DNA of 64,000 bases from Anaerolineae bacterium (GTDB lineage: Bacteria > Chloroflexota > Anaerolineae > Fen-1058), in assembly GCA_003154115.1 (NCBI GenBank), contig PMCF01000212.1, forward strand, positions 1,277 to 65,276, read 5' to 3'. The notes beneath the pieces were generated by a model. It had not been told where the DNA came from and searched no databases. It saw only the letters and a list, made by a program, of their open reading frames with translations. Positions within the stretch are counted from its first letter, which is position 1. Each line of letters begins with the position of its first letter. This document shows, piece after piece, positions 27,901 through 35,737 of the stretch. A program made the translations under genes and the position numbers.

Positions 27901-29884
27901 CGGCGGCGTCGGTTACATCTCCGTCAGCATCAACATCGACCGCGATGAGCAGGGCCGCATCCTGCGCTACTACGGCGCCAATCAGGACATCACTCAAAAC
28001 AAGCAGGCCGAAATCGAATTAGCCAAGTTCAAGCTGGGACTCGATCGCTCAACAGCGGCAATCTTTATAACCGATCCTGAAGGGATCATCACCTACATCA
28101 ATCCCGCCTTCGAGAAGATTTACGGGTTCACCCGTGTAGAGGCCCTCGGTCATACGCCGCGCATCTTGAAATCCGGATTGATTCCACAGGAACAATATCA
28201 GCAATTCTGGCAAGCGTTGCTGGCCGGCCAGACCGTAGCCGGGGAGATCGTCAACAAGGCCAAAGATGGGCGGTTGGTTCCCGTCGAAGGCAGTAACAGT
28301 TCGATTCTGGATGAAAAGGGCAACCTGATCGGTTTTCTGGCGCTGCACACCGACATTACCCGGCGCAAAGAAGTGGAACAAGAGCTAGCCCACTCGGCGC
28401 AGCTGCTAAACACGATCGCCAACACCAGTCGTGACTTGATCTACGTCAAGAACACGAAAGGCGAGTTCCAGATCGCCAGTCAAGCGGTAGCCCGGTTGGT
28501 CGGGGCCAAGACCGGCGATGAATTGATCGGTAAGTCCGATTTCGATTTCTTTCCCTACGAATTGGCCAACAAATATTATACCGACGAGCAAAATATTATC
28601 CAGGCCGGGGAGCCGCTGATTGACATCGAAGAAGCCAGCGTGTATCCCGATGGGACCCCGGTGTGGTTGCTCACGACGAAGATTCCCTATCGCGCAGCCG
28701 ATGGCACTTTGCTGGGCCTCGTGGGTATTGGCCGTGATATCACCGAACGCAAACGGGCCGAACAACAAATGGAAGAAACTCTGCGCGAGACGGAGCGCCT
28801 GTATGCCGCCGTGAGCGCCGAGGGGTGGAAAACCTTCCGTCAGTCTGGCCGTTTGCCGGAAGGCTATCTCTACGATCGCGCCCTGCTTCAGCCGGCGGAA
28901 CAACTCTGGGAACCGGAGATCGAACAAGCGGTGACACAAGACAAGACCGTTGCCACCCAAAGCAAAGAACGGGCCGTAGCCGTTACACCCTTAGCGGTGC
29001 GCGGCGAAATCATCGGCGCGCTGGGAATCTATGGCAGCCCGGACAAACCGCTGAGTCCCGACGATCTGTCATTGGTGGAAGCGGCTTCCGAGCAAGTGGC
29101 GCTGGCTTTGGAAAGCGCCCGCTTGTTCGGGCAAATGCAGGCCGCTCGCCAGCAAGCCGAATCGCATCTGCGCGAGGTGCAAATTTTGCAACACCTCACG
29201 CAGGAAATCTCCGGAACGCTCGACCTGGAGCGTGTTTTGGATGCGCTAGTCAGCACGCTGGTGAATCAAATGCACTTTGGCTTCGTCGCGTTCATCCTGA
29301 TTGACGAGCCAGCCAACGAAATGCGGACCGTGCGTGTCGCCGGCCTGGCACAAAGCATGAACGGTCTCGTCCAGCCGCTAGACAAGATGCAAAACGACAT
29401 CGATATGGATGTAGCGCGCAAAGGCAAAATTGAGGTCATTGATGGGTGGGATGACCGGTTCGACCGCGAGATATTTGAACGTGAAGGGCACGCTGCTCTG
29501 GTGCGCGCCTTTGTGCCGCTGCGCTTGCGCGAGCAAACGGTCGGTGTTCTGGAAGCCGGCTATCGGCGCGGGGAACGTTCTGCCATCACACCCGAAGAAA
29601 TCCGCTTGCTGGGCAGTCTGGCCGACCAGGTCGCCGTGGTCATTCAAAACACGCGCCTGTTCGAACAGACCCAGACCCGCGCCCGCCACGAGAAAACCCT
29701 GCGTGAAGTTACCGCTCGTGTACGTAGTTCCACCGATCCGGATACGGTGATGCGCACCTTAGCCCGCGAATTAGGCGCCGTGCTGGACCGATCAACCTTT
29801 GTCCGGTTGACAACTGAACAACCGGTGCTTACCTCGGCCAATGGCGGTAACGGCAATCAGCCGACGACCGAAGGAGGCAGGTAA
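24902..29884 (+). CDS. array member B: RsbRD_N-like N-domain + GAF/PAS array (1660 aa), no recognisable output domain
   Basis: ATG lies 1 nt after the stop of A and is preceded by GGAAGGAGG. Order: helical N-domain, GAF, a GAF with the GRCLCGRAA motif, cassette-1 GAF (YYHAQLFRY), five PAS modules including a duplicated one, a half-GAF, a DGWDDRFDR GAF, then the C-terminal cap. Confidence 0.85.
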   Translation: MYPQLAAQIRKQLPAFVDQYDAQLRHVPGYAGVPEPARRDLEQQVLQIMADCLEGGDDSALIQYIHERAEQVLARGFQPEWFQQAVTLAEEIITPLIKKVDEGNFVWRAMNHAQTTAWQIVARERTQVEEALRHSTEQQQHTARQLRAALEATNELIQVQDLDTLYRRTVELVREKFGIERCGLYLTDESHQYLLGTYGTDDHRHTTDERGAQRTTAEFEVILTTSPEQLWVVRETPHVFFENGVEHTLGAGWVVGTVLRGAAGPIGILFNDNALSGQPVDEAQQEALAVYCSAVGSIIERKRTEQELKSNFQMQQLLSTLLTISLENLPLLEQLERALDTITTSPFLPIKPQSGIFLVEQNNVLTLKVSHNLAPQLLSLCALVPFGRCLCGRAAATGQIQFADCVDERHENQFEGMRPHGHYNVPILSQGKLLGVMVLYVQEGHRPEKREEEYLRAVANTLAGIIERKQLEQRIRESLERRSRQVQTSTEVAQEIASATDLKELFQRVVTLIKERFDYYHAQLFRYEPAQGAVVLITGYGEIGQKMLASGHKLPMGRGVAGTAAATGESILVADVHQDKDWQPNPNLPETRGELAVPIKLRDQVLGILDVQSDRAGALTDDDRLLLEGLCGQIAVALESTRLLEELRRGEAQLSEALKIAKLAYWEYDVEKDLFLFNDQFYALFHTTAEQEGGYQLSSAQYAGKFVYPDDLPVVGVEIERALNSTDRHYSRDLVHRIQYADGGVGYISVSINIDRDEQGRILRYYGANQDITESRLAEQTIKEEQQRTQTILETVTVPMIISRLSDSKILYANQALAQFRHLAVEEMIGSRTADYFVNPDDRRKIVEALQQQGYVIDFETQLLGSDGAPSWVLLSARIVKYQNDTSVLTTYIDITDRKLAEEVLRRSEAQLSEALKIAKLAYWEYDVEKDLFLFNEQFYSIFHTTVEQEGGYQLSSAQYAGKFVYPDDLPVVGSEIERALNSTDQHYSRDLVHRIQYADGGVGYISVSINIDRDEQGRILRYYGANQDITQNKQAEIELAKFKLGLDRSTAAIFITDPEGIITYINPAFEKIYGFTRVEALGHTPRILKSGLIPQEQYQQFWQALLAGQTVAGEIVNKAKDGRLVPVEGSNSSILDEKGNLIGFLALHTDITRRKEVEQELAHSAQLLNTIANTSRDLIYVKNTKGEFQIASQAVARLVGAKTGDELIGKSDFDFFPYELANKYYTDEQNIIQAGEPLIDIEEASVYPDGTPVWLLTTKIPYRAADGTLLGLVGIGRDITERKRAEQQMEETLRETERLYAAVSAEGWKTFRQSGRLPEGYLYDRALLQPAEQLWEPEIEQAVTQDKTVATQSKERAVAVTPLAVRGEIIGALGIYGSPDKPLSPDDLSLVEAASEQVALALESARLFGQMQAARQQAESHLREVQILQHLTQEISGTLDLERVLDALVSTLVNQMHFGFVAFILIDEPANEMRTVRVAGLAQSMNGLVQPLDKMQNDIDMDVARKGKIEVIDGWDDRFDREIFEREGHAALVRAFVPLRLREQTVGVLEAGYRRGERSAITPEEIRLLGSLADQVAVVIQNTRLFEQTQTRARHEKTLREVTARVRSSTDPDTVMRTLARELGAVLDRSTFVRLTTEQPVLTSANGGNGNQPTTEGGR
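26850..27219 (+). repeat. copy 1 of a 370-bp intragenic direct repeat (PAS module)
   Basis: Aligns without gaps to 27624..27993 at an offset of 774 bp. I counted about 36 mismatches in 370 bp, with two perfectly identical tracts of roughly 60-70 bp. Confidence 0.9.
27624..27993 (+). repeat. copy 2 of the 370-bp intragenic direct repeat (PAS module)
   Basis: See copy 1. It encodes EAQLSEALKIAKLAYWEYDVEKDLFLFN...ILRYYGANQDIT, as copy 1 does. Confidence 0.9.
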
Positions 29885-29885
29885 C

Positions 29886-32800
29886 GTGAGTACAGTGGCA
29901 GCCACGATCCAGGATCAATTTGACGTCCTGCTGGACGAATACGACCGCCGACTGCAGAAGCACCCCGCTTATGCGGCGATGCCGGCGCTGTTCAGGCGAG
30001 AGGCGGCCCGGCGCACTTTGGGGTTTACGGCAGACTGGTTGCACTCTGGCAATGACGCGCAACTGATTCAGTTCATCCAATCTACCGCGCAACAACGAGC
30101 CACACAAGGTCTTGACATCAAAATCATGCAGCACGCGGTTAATGAGCTCGAAAGCATTCTCGAACCATTGATCACAGATGTCGAAACGGCTAAGCTCATC
30201 TGGCACACGCTTTCCAAAGCGCAGGACGCGATCACGCAGCAGGCTACCGAGAGGCTCATCGCCGAGGGAAACCGGCTGCGTCAAATGGTGGATCGTTCGC
30301 CCGTGGGAATCTATCACACCACACCCGAGGGCCGCGTGATAGACGCCAATGAGGCGTTCCTCAAAATTGTCGGCTACGCTTCACTTGACGCCATCAACCA
30401 GGTTGGCGTGCCCGCGTTATACGAAAATCCCGCCGACCGCCAGCGGCTGATCGCAATGCTCCAGCAAGGCCCGGTCACTAATTTTGAGACCCGCTTCCGC
30501 CGCGCCGACGGACAGATCGTCAACATCTCGATCAGCGTGCGCCTGGTGCAAGAAGCAGGGGTAGTGTCATACCTGGAAGGCATTCTGGAAGACATCACCG
30601 AGCGTAAGCGTATCGAACAGAGACTGAATGAGAGCGAAGAAAGATACCGTCGCTTATCTGATGCCACCGTGGAAGGAATTGTGATCCACGATAAAGGCAT
30701 CCTGTTAGATGCGAATGAAGTCTTTGCCAAAATGTTTGGGTATAAGCTGTCGGAAGTGATCGGAATGGCAGCGACTGAATTCCTCACTCCGGAAACACGC
30801 GAGATTACCGCGCAAAATATCCGTTCGGGATATGAAAAGCCCTACGAGGTGATGGGATTAAGAAAAGACGGATCGACGTTTCTAGTTGAAATTACCGGCA
30901 ATGCCATTCCCTACGAAGGCCGAACCGTTCGCGTCACCGCATTGCGTGACATCACCGAACGTCAACGCAGCAGGGAGCAGATTGAGCGGATCTTACAAGA
31001 AACCCGTGTGCGCTTCGAGGTCAGCCAGGCTTTGGCCGGCCAGAAGACGGAGGATGAGGTCCTAGCGTCACTGATCCAACAGGCCCGCATCTATCCCCAG
31101 GCGCTCGTGACCACCGCCACATTTGACAAGACAGGAGACGACATCGTGGCCGTCGCGCGCTATGCCGAATCCTTTGAAAGCGGCCTGACCCTCAACCTGC
31201 CCATGGGAACGCGCTTTCCGTTTTCGCAGTTCCCTTTGTTCAGGCTGCTGTCGGCGGACCGGCCATTTGTTTCCCAGGATACCTTTGCCGATGACCGCAT
31301 GGATGCGGCAAGTATCGAGATTACGCGCGAGACAGGAGCGGCGGGATTTGCTGTCTTTCCACTTACCGCCGACAACGAGTGGTTAGGCTTTATGATGGTC
31401 TTTGCCAGGTCCATCGGCTTCTTTGACGAGGGGAAGGAACACCTCTATCAGACGCTGGTGGAACAGGGCGCGAAGGCGCTGCAAACCGCCCGACTGCGCG
31501 ACCAAATTCAAACCTCGCTTGAACGACGTGGACGCCAGGTACAGCTCAGCACTGAGGTGGCGCAGGAAATCGCCGCCGCGCCCAAACTGGAAGAACTATT
31601 CCAGCGCGTGGTCACACTCATCAAGGAACGCTTCGGCTACTATCATGCCCAAATCTTTCGCTACGACCCGGCCCAGGACGCCGTCGTGCTCGTCACGGGC
31701 TATGGTGAAGCCGGGCAAAAGATGTTGGCGGCTGGGCATAAATTGGCGATGGGGCGAGGCGTTGTCGGCACGGCGGCGGCGGCGAGCAGATCCATTTTGG
31801 CAAGCGATGTTGCGCAAGACAAAAACTGGCTGCCTAACCGCAACCTGCCGGATACGAAAGGCGAGTTGGCCGCGCCCATCAAACTGCGTGATCAGGTCCT
31901 GGGTATCCTGGATGTTCAAAGCAGTCAGACCGGGGCGTTGACCGCCGACGACCAACTCTTGCTCGAAGGCTTGTGCGGCCAGATCGCCATCGCGATTGAA
32001 CATAGGCGAGCCGAAGACAGGTTAGCCGAAGAACGCAACCTGATGCGCACCCTGATGGATGCCTTGCCGGATTACATCTATGCTAAAGACCTTGCGGGCC
32101 GGTTCATCTTAACCAATGCCGCTCTGGCACGACTGATGGGCGCCGCCGCTCCCGAAGATCTCATTGGCAAAAGCGACTGGGACTTTTACCCGCGCGAACT
32201 GGCAGAACAGTACTTTGCCTCCGAGCAGACTATCTTCCACGAGGGTCAAGTCCTACTCAACCACGAAGAGCCTAACGTGGACGCGCTGGGCCATCAAAAG
32301 TGGAATACAACGACCAAAGTGCCGCTGCGCAATAGCCAGGGGCAGATCATTGGTCTGGTCGGCGCGACCCGCGACATCACCGAGCGCAAGCAAGCGGAAA
32401 CCAAGATGCAGGAAACCCTGCATGAGCTGGAACGGCTCTATCGCGCCACCGCCCGCGAAGGCTGGCAGGCTTACCGTGAAGCGGCTCAGACGACGCCGGG
32501 GTATCTGTTTGACCGCTTTAGCTTAACGCCGCAAGCTAGCTGGAGAGCACCAATCGAGCAGGGCATTCAGCAAAACACACTCGTGCTTTCGACCGGCGAG
32601 CAGGCCGTGACGGTTACACCGCTCGCGGTACGCGGCGAGGTGATCGGCGCTGTCGGCGTGTATGATGATCCCAATCGCCCGCTCTCGCCAGACGAGCTGG
32701 CCTTGCTGCAAGAAATCGCCGAGCAGGGCGCGCTGGCCCTGGAAAGTGCGCGCTTGTTCGAGCAGACGCAGCGCGATGCCGAGCGCGAAAGCAAGATCAA

Positions 32801-32978
32801 CCGCATCACCAGTCGCATCCGCAACGCCCGCTCGGTCGACGAAGTGCTGACGGTCGCCACGCAAGAACTGCGGTTGGCGACACAGGCGTCACGCAGCATC
32901 GCGGAAATCGCGCCCATGTCCACTCGCACATTGGCCTCCAATGAGCAGCCGCACAGCGGCAATGGTCACACCCCGTAA
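29886..32978 (+). CDS. array member C: RsbRD_N-like N-domain + 2xPAS + GAF + cassette-1 GAF + PAS + half-GAF, no recognisable output domain
   Basis: ORF 29841..32978 trimmed to GTG 29886, which lies 1 nt after the stop of B and is preceded by GAAGGAGG. The N-terminus aligns with those of B and I. It ends with the C-terminal cap (ARLFEQTQRDAERESKINRITSRIRNARSVDEVLTVATQEL). Confidence 0.85.
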   Translation: MSTVAATIQDQFDVLLDEYDRRLQKHPAYAAMPALFRREAARRTLGFTADWLHSGNDAQLIQFIQSTAQQRATQGLDIKIMQHAVNELESILEPLITDVETAKLIWHTLSKAQDAITQQATERLIAEGNRLRQMVDRSPVGIYHTTPEGRVIDANEAFLKIVGYASLDAINQVGVPALYENPADRQRLIAMLQQGPVTNFETRFRRADGQIVNISISVRLVQEAGVVSYLEGILEDITERKRIEQRLNESEERYRRLSDATVEGIVIHDKGILLDANEVFAKMFGYKLSEVIGMAATEFLTPETREITAQNIRSGYEKPYEVMGLRKDGSTFLVEITGNAIPYEGRTVRVTALRDITERQRSREQIERILQETRVRFEVSQALAGQKTEDEVLASLIQQARIYPQALVTTATFDKTGDDIVAVARYAESFESGLTLNLPMGTRFPFSQFPLFRLLSADRPFVSQDTFADDRMDAASIEITRETGAAGFAVFPLTADNEWLGFMMVFARSIGFFDEGKEHLYQTLVEQGAKALQTARLRDQIQTSLERRGRQVQLSTEVAQEIAAAPKLEELFQRVVTLIKERFGYYHAQIFRYDPAQDAVVLVTGYGEAGQKMLAAGHKLAMGRGVVGTAAAASRSILASDVAQDKNWLPNRNLPDTKGELAAPIKLRDQVLGILDVQSSQTGALTADDQLLLEGLCGQIAIAIEHRRAEDRLAEERNLMRTLMDALPDYIYAKDLAGRFILTNAALARLMGAAAPEDLIGKSDWDFYPRELAEQYFASEQTIFHEGQVLLNHEEPNVDALGHQKWNTTTKVPLRNSQGQIIGLVGATRDITERKQAETKMQETLHELERLYRATAREGWQAYREAAQTTPGYLFDRFSLTPQASWRAPIEQGIQQNTLVLSTGEQAVTVTPLAVRGEVIGAVGVYDDPNRPLSPDELALLQEIAEQGALALESARLFEQTQRDAERESKINRITSRIRNARSVDEVLTVATQELRLATQASRSIAEIAPMSTRTLASNEQPHSGNGHTP

Positions 32979-32994
32979 GGAGGGAAGGATAACT

Positions 32995-35727
32995 ATGGGT
33001 TTTCTTCCGAAAGCGGCGCTCATAAGACTTCGCTATCCGCAGAAGTTTGTTTTGATCGGCTTGCTGTTTGCCTTACCGCTGGCAATCGTGTTGTTCCTAC
33101 TAGCGAGTGAAACGAGCGCACGCATCGATAACTACGGCTATCAAGAAAAGTACGGCGTCGAATACTTACGAGCGACACGGCGGTTGATGCAAGATATTCA
33201 GCAGCATCAGCAGCTAACCGACAGCGATCTGCGCACCGGCGCGTCCGGCTTAGCTACTCAGATTTCTCAACAACGCACGACCATCACCCAGGACTTTGCC
33301 GCGCTTGAGCAAGTCAACAACCAGTACGGTCCCGCGTTCAAGTCGAACGAGGCCATACACACCCTGGAACAAGATTGGCAGGCCCTAATGAGCAGCGCGC
33401 AGCCGCTGAGCCTCACTGTGAGCGACGAGCAACATGCCGGCGTCCTGGCCGACCTCCGATCGCTCATTTCGCTCGTGGGGAATACCTCGTACCTCATCCT
33501 TGATCCGGACCTGGATACTTATTATATGATGGACACCGTGCTCCTGAAGCTGCCGGAAACTCAGGACTTGCTGGCGCAGACATTAGCGATCGGCCAGAAT
33601 GCTGGCAAGCAGCCCTTGACTTTAGATGAAAGATCTCAAGTGCTGATTCATATCGGCTTGTTGCGATCGAATCTTGACGCACTGAAGACGAACGTGCAAG
33701 TAGCCTTCGATAACAATCCGGCCCAGACCCTGAGGCCGCTCGTTGCGGAGCCGCTCCAGGCCCATATCGACGCCCTGGAGCAATTCCTGACGGTCGCAGT
33801 GCAAAGCGCGACCGGCGCATCGGGGCAGGTGATCGACCCGTCAGAGTTTGTCGCTGCGGGACAGCGTGCGCTTAATCAGAGTTACCAATTCTATGATGCG
33901 GCTTCACCCGCGCTGGAAATAGCGCTCCAGGCCCGCATCGATCGTCTGTTGAGCCGCCAGATCGCGACTGTGCTGATTTCGCTGATCGGCCTGTTGCTCG
34001 GGTTTGGGATTGGCTTATCCGTGATGCGCAACATTAGCCGCCCGTTGGGTCTGTTGACCGCTGCCACCCAACGTCTGGCGAGTGGCGATTTAGCAACGCG
34101 CGTGGAGGTAGCAGGCGGAGTCGAAGTTGCGGCGGTTGGTGCTGCGTTCAATGAGATGGCGCAGCGACTGCAAGTGACACTCAAATCGCTGGAAGATCGC
34201 ACAGCGCAATTACGCACCAGTGCTGATGTAGGCCGCGCGGCTGCCTCCATCCTTGATCCAGGCCAGCTCTTGCGTGACGTGGTCGACTTGATCACCGATC
34301 GCTTCGGGTTTTACTATGCGGCCGTGTTCACACCGGATGATACCGGGAAATGGCTGGTGCTGCGTGAAGCGACCGGCGAAGCGGGCCGCATCCTCAAAGA
34401 ACGCGGCCACAAACTGGAAATAAATGAGCATTCCATGGTCGGGTACGCGGCCGTCCAGCGCAAACCACGCATCGCGCTTGACGTGGGTCAAGAGGCCGTG
34501 CGATTTGCCAATCCGCTGCTGCCCGACACTCGATCGGAAATTGCGCTGCCGCTGATCACGGGTGGTCGCGTGCTCGGCGCGCTCGACGTGCAATCGACGC
34601 AGGCCAGCGCGTTCGATCAGACCAGCGCCATCGCGCTGCAGTCCATGGCCGATCAAATCGCCATCGCGCTCAGCAATACCCTGCAATTCCAGCAGACCCA
34701 GGCGGGCTTGCAGCGCACGCAGCAGTTGTATGAAGCAAGCACGGCTATCTCCAATGCGGAAGATGCGCCCAGTATTCTACGGGAGTTGACGACGAAGGGC
34801 GTACCCGCTGCCGATGCCGCTCAGATTCTGACCTATGGGCCGCGTGATGAAACAGGTCACCCTGTCTACTTTGAAGTGGCGGCCTCCTGGGCACCTGCCA
34901 ACGACGAACTATTTCTGCCGGTAGGCACGCGCGTCAGACCAGATCAAGTACCGCCGGTGCCTGCTTTGGCGAGCGAACCCTATCTGATCCGCGATTCCGC
35001 CGATCCAGCGACCTCGCCTGAACAACAACAAATCATGCAGGCCATGCGCATGCGCGCCATGCTGGGTTACGCCTTGGTGGCTGGTTCCCAACCGGTGGGC
35101 GTGTTGCTGATCGTTTATCGTGAACCGCGCCCGTTTACGACGGCTGAGACCCAGCCTTTGCAGGCCCTGATCGGACAAGTGGCCGTGACGTTGCGCAACC
35201 AGCAATTGGTGCGTGACGAAGCCGCCGCGGTGCAGCAGCTGGATGAAATCAATCGCCGCTTAACCGGTCAAGCGTGGGATGAATATGCCCGCACCATTGG
35301 CGCGGTGACCTATAAAGAAGACGTAGGGCCAACCGCTAACGCGAGTTCTGAAACAGCGCCGGCGGTACTCGCTGCGCCGATTACGATTCACGGCGAAGAA
35401 GTGGGCGTTTTGCGCCTGGAAGATACCACTCCCGATCGGAAGTGGACACCTGGCGAGTTAACCTTAGCTCGCGTCGTAGCAGGTGAAGTGGCGATTGCCC
35501 TTGAAAATGCCCGCTTGCTCGAAGAAACCGAACGGCGCGCCCAGCACGAACGCCTGGTGGCCGAGATTAGCAGTCGCATGTTCGCGTCAAACGATATGGA
35601 AACGATCATTCAGATTGCGGGTCAAGAGCTGGGGCGCGTGCTGCGAGTTGATCGAACTGAGGTCAGGATTAGCAACACTTTCAGCGAACCTGCTGCAGAT
35701 GCAATCACATCACCCCAACCCAATTAA
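32995..35727 (+). CDS. array member D: TM + helical periplasmic sensor + TM + HAMP + signature GAF + GAF + half-GAF, no recognisable output domain
   Basis: ORF 32941..35727 trimmed to ATG 32995 after AAGGAGGGAAGGA. The sensor domain contains LILDPDLDTYYMMD. HAMP segment (RPLGLLTAATQRLASGDLATRV). Signature GAF (LREATGEAG, RFANPLLPDTRSEIALPL). C-terminal cap present. Confidence 0.85.
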   Translation: MGFLPKAALIRLRYPQKFVLIGLLFALPLAIVLFLLASETSARIDNYGYQEKYGVEYLRATRRLMQDIQQHQQLTDSDLRTGASGLATQISQQRTTITQDFAALEQVNNQYGPAFKSNEAIHTLEQDWQALMSSAQPLSLTVSDEQHAGVLADLRSLISLVGNTSYLILDPDLDTYYMMDTVLLKLPETQDLLAQTLAIGQNAGKQPLTLDERSQVLIHIGLLRSNLDALKTNVQVAFDNNPAQTLRPLVAEPLQAHIDALEQFLTVAVQSATGASGQVIDPSEFVAAGQRALNQSYQFYDAASPALEIALQARIDRLLSRQIATVLISLIGLLLGFGIGLSVMRNISRPLGLLTAATQRLASGDLATRVEVAGGVEVAAVGAAFNEMAQRLQVTLKSLEDRTAQLRTSADVGRAAASILDPGQLLRDVVDLITDRFGFYYAAVFTPDDTGKWLVLREATGEAGRILKERGHKLEINEHSMVGYAAVQRKPRIALDVGQEAVRFANPLLPDTRSEIALPLITGGRVLGALDVQSTQASAFDQTSAIALQSMADQIAIALSNTLQFQQTQAGLQRTQQLYEASTAISNAEDAPSILRELTTKGVPAADAAQILTYGPRDETGHPVYFEVAASWAPANDELFLPVGTRVRPDQVPPVPALASEPYLIRDSADPATSPEQQQIMQAMRMRAMLGYALVAGSQPVGVLLIVYREPRPFTTAETQPLQALIGQVAVTLRNQQLVRDEAAAVQQLDEINRRLTGQAWDEYARTIGAVTYKEDVGPTANASSETAPAVLAAPITIHGEEVGVLRLEDTTPDRKWTPGELTLARVVAGEVAIALENARLLEETERRAQHERLVAEISSRMFASNDMETIIQIAGQELGRVLRVDRTEVRISNTFSEPAADAITSPQPN

Positions 35728-35737
35728 GGAGTAAAAC

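Noticed and set aside
26850-27993. Template and variable repeat pair of a diversity-generating retroelement.
   Set aside because: No reverse transcriptase or accessory gene is present in the window. The mismatches between copies are mostly third-position changes of all types, not adenine-specific substitutions.
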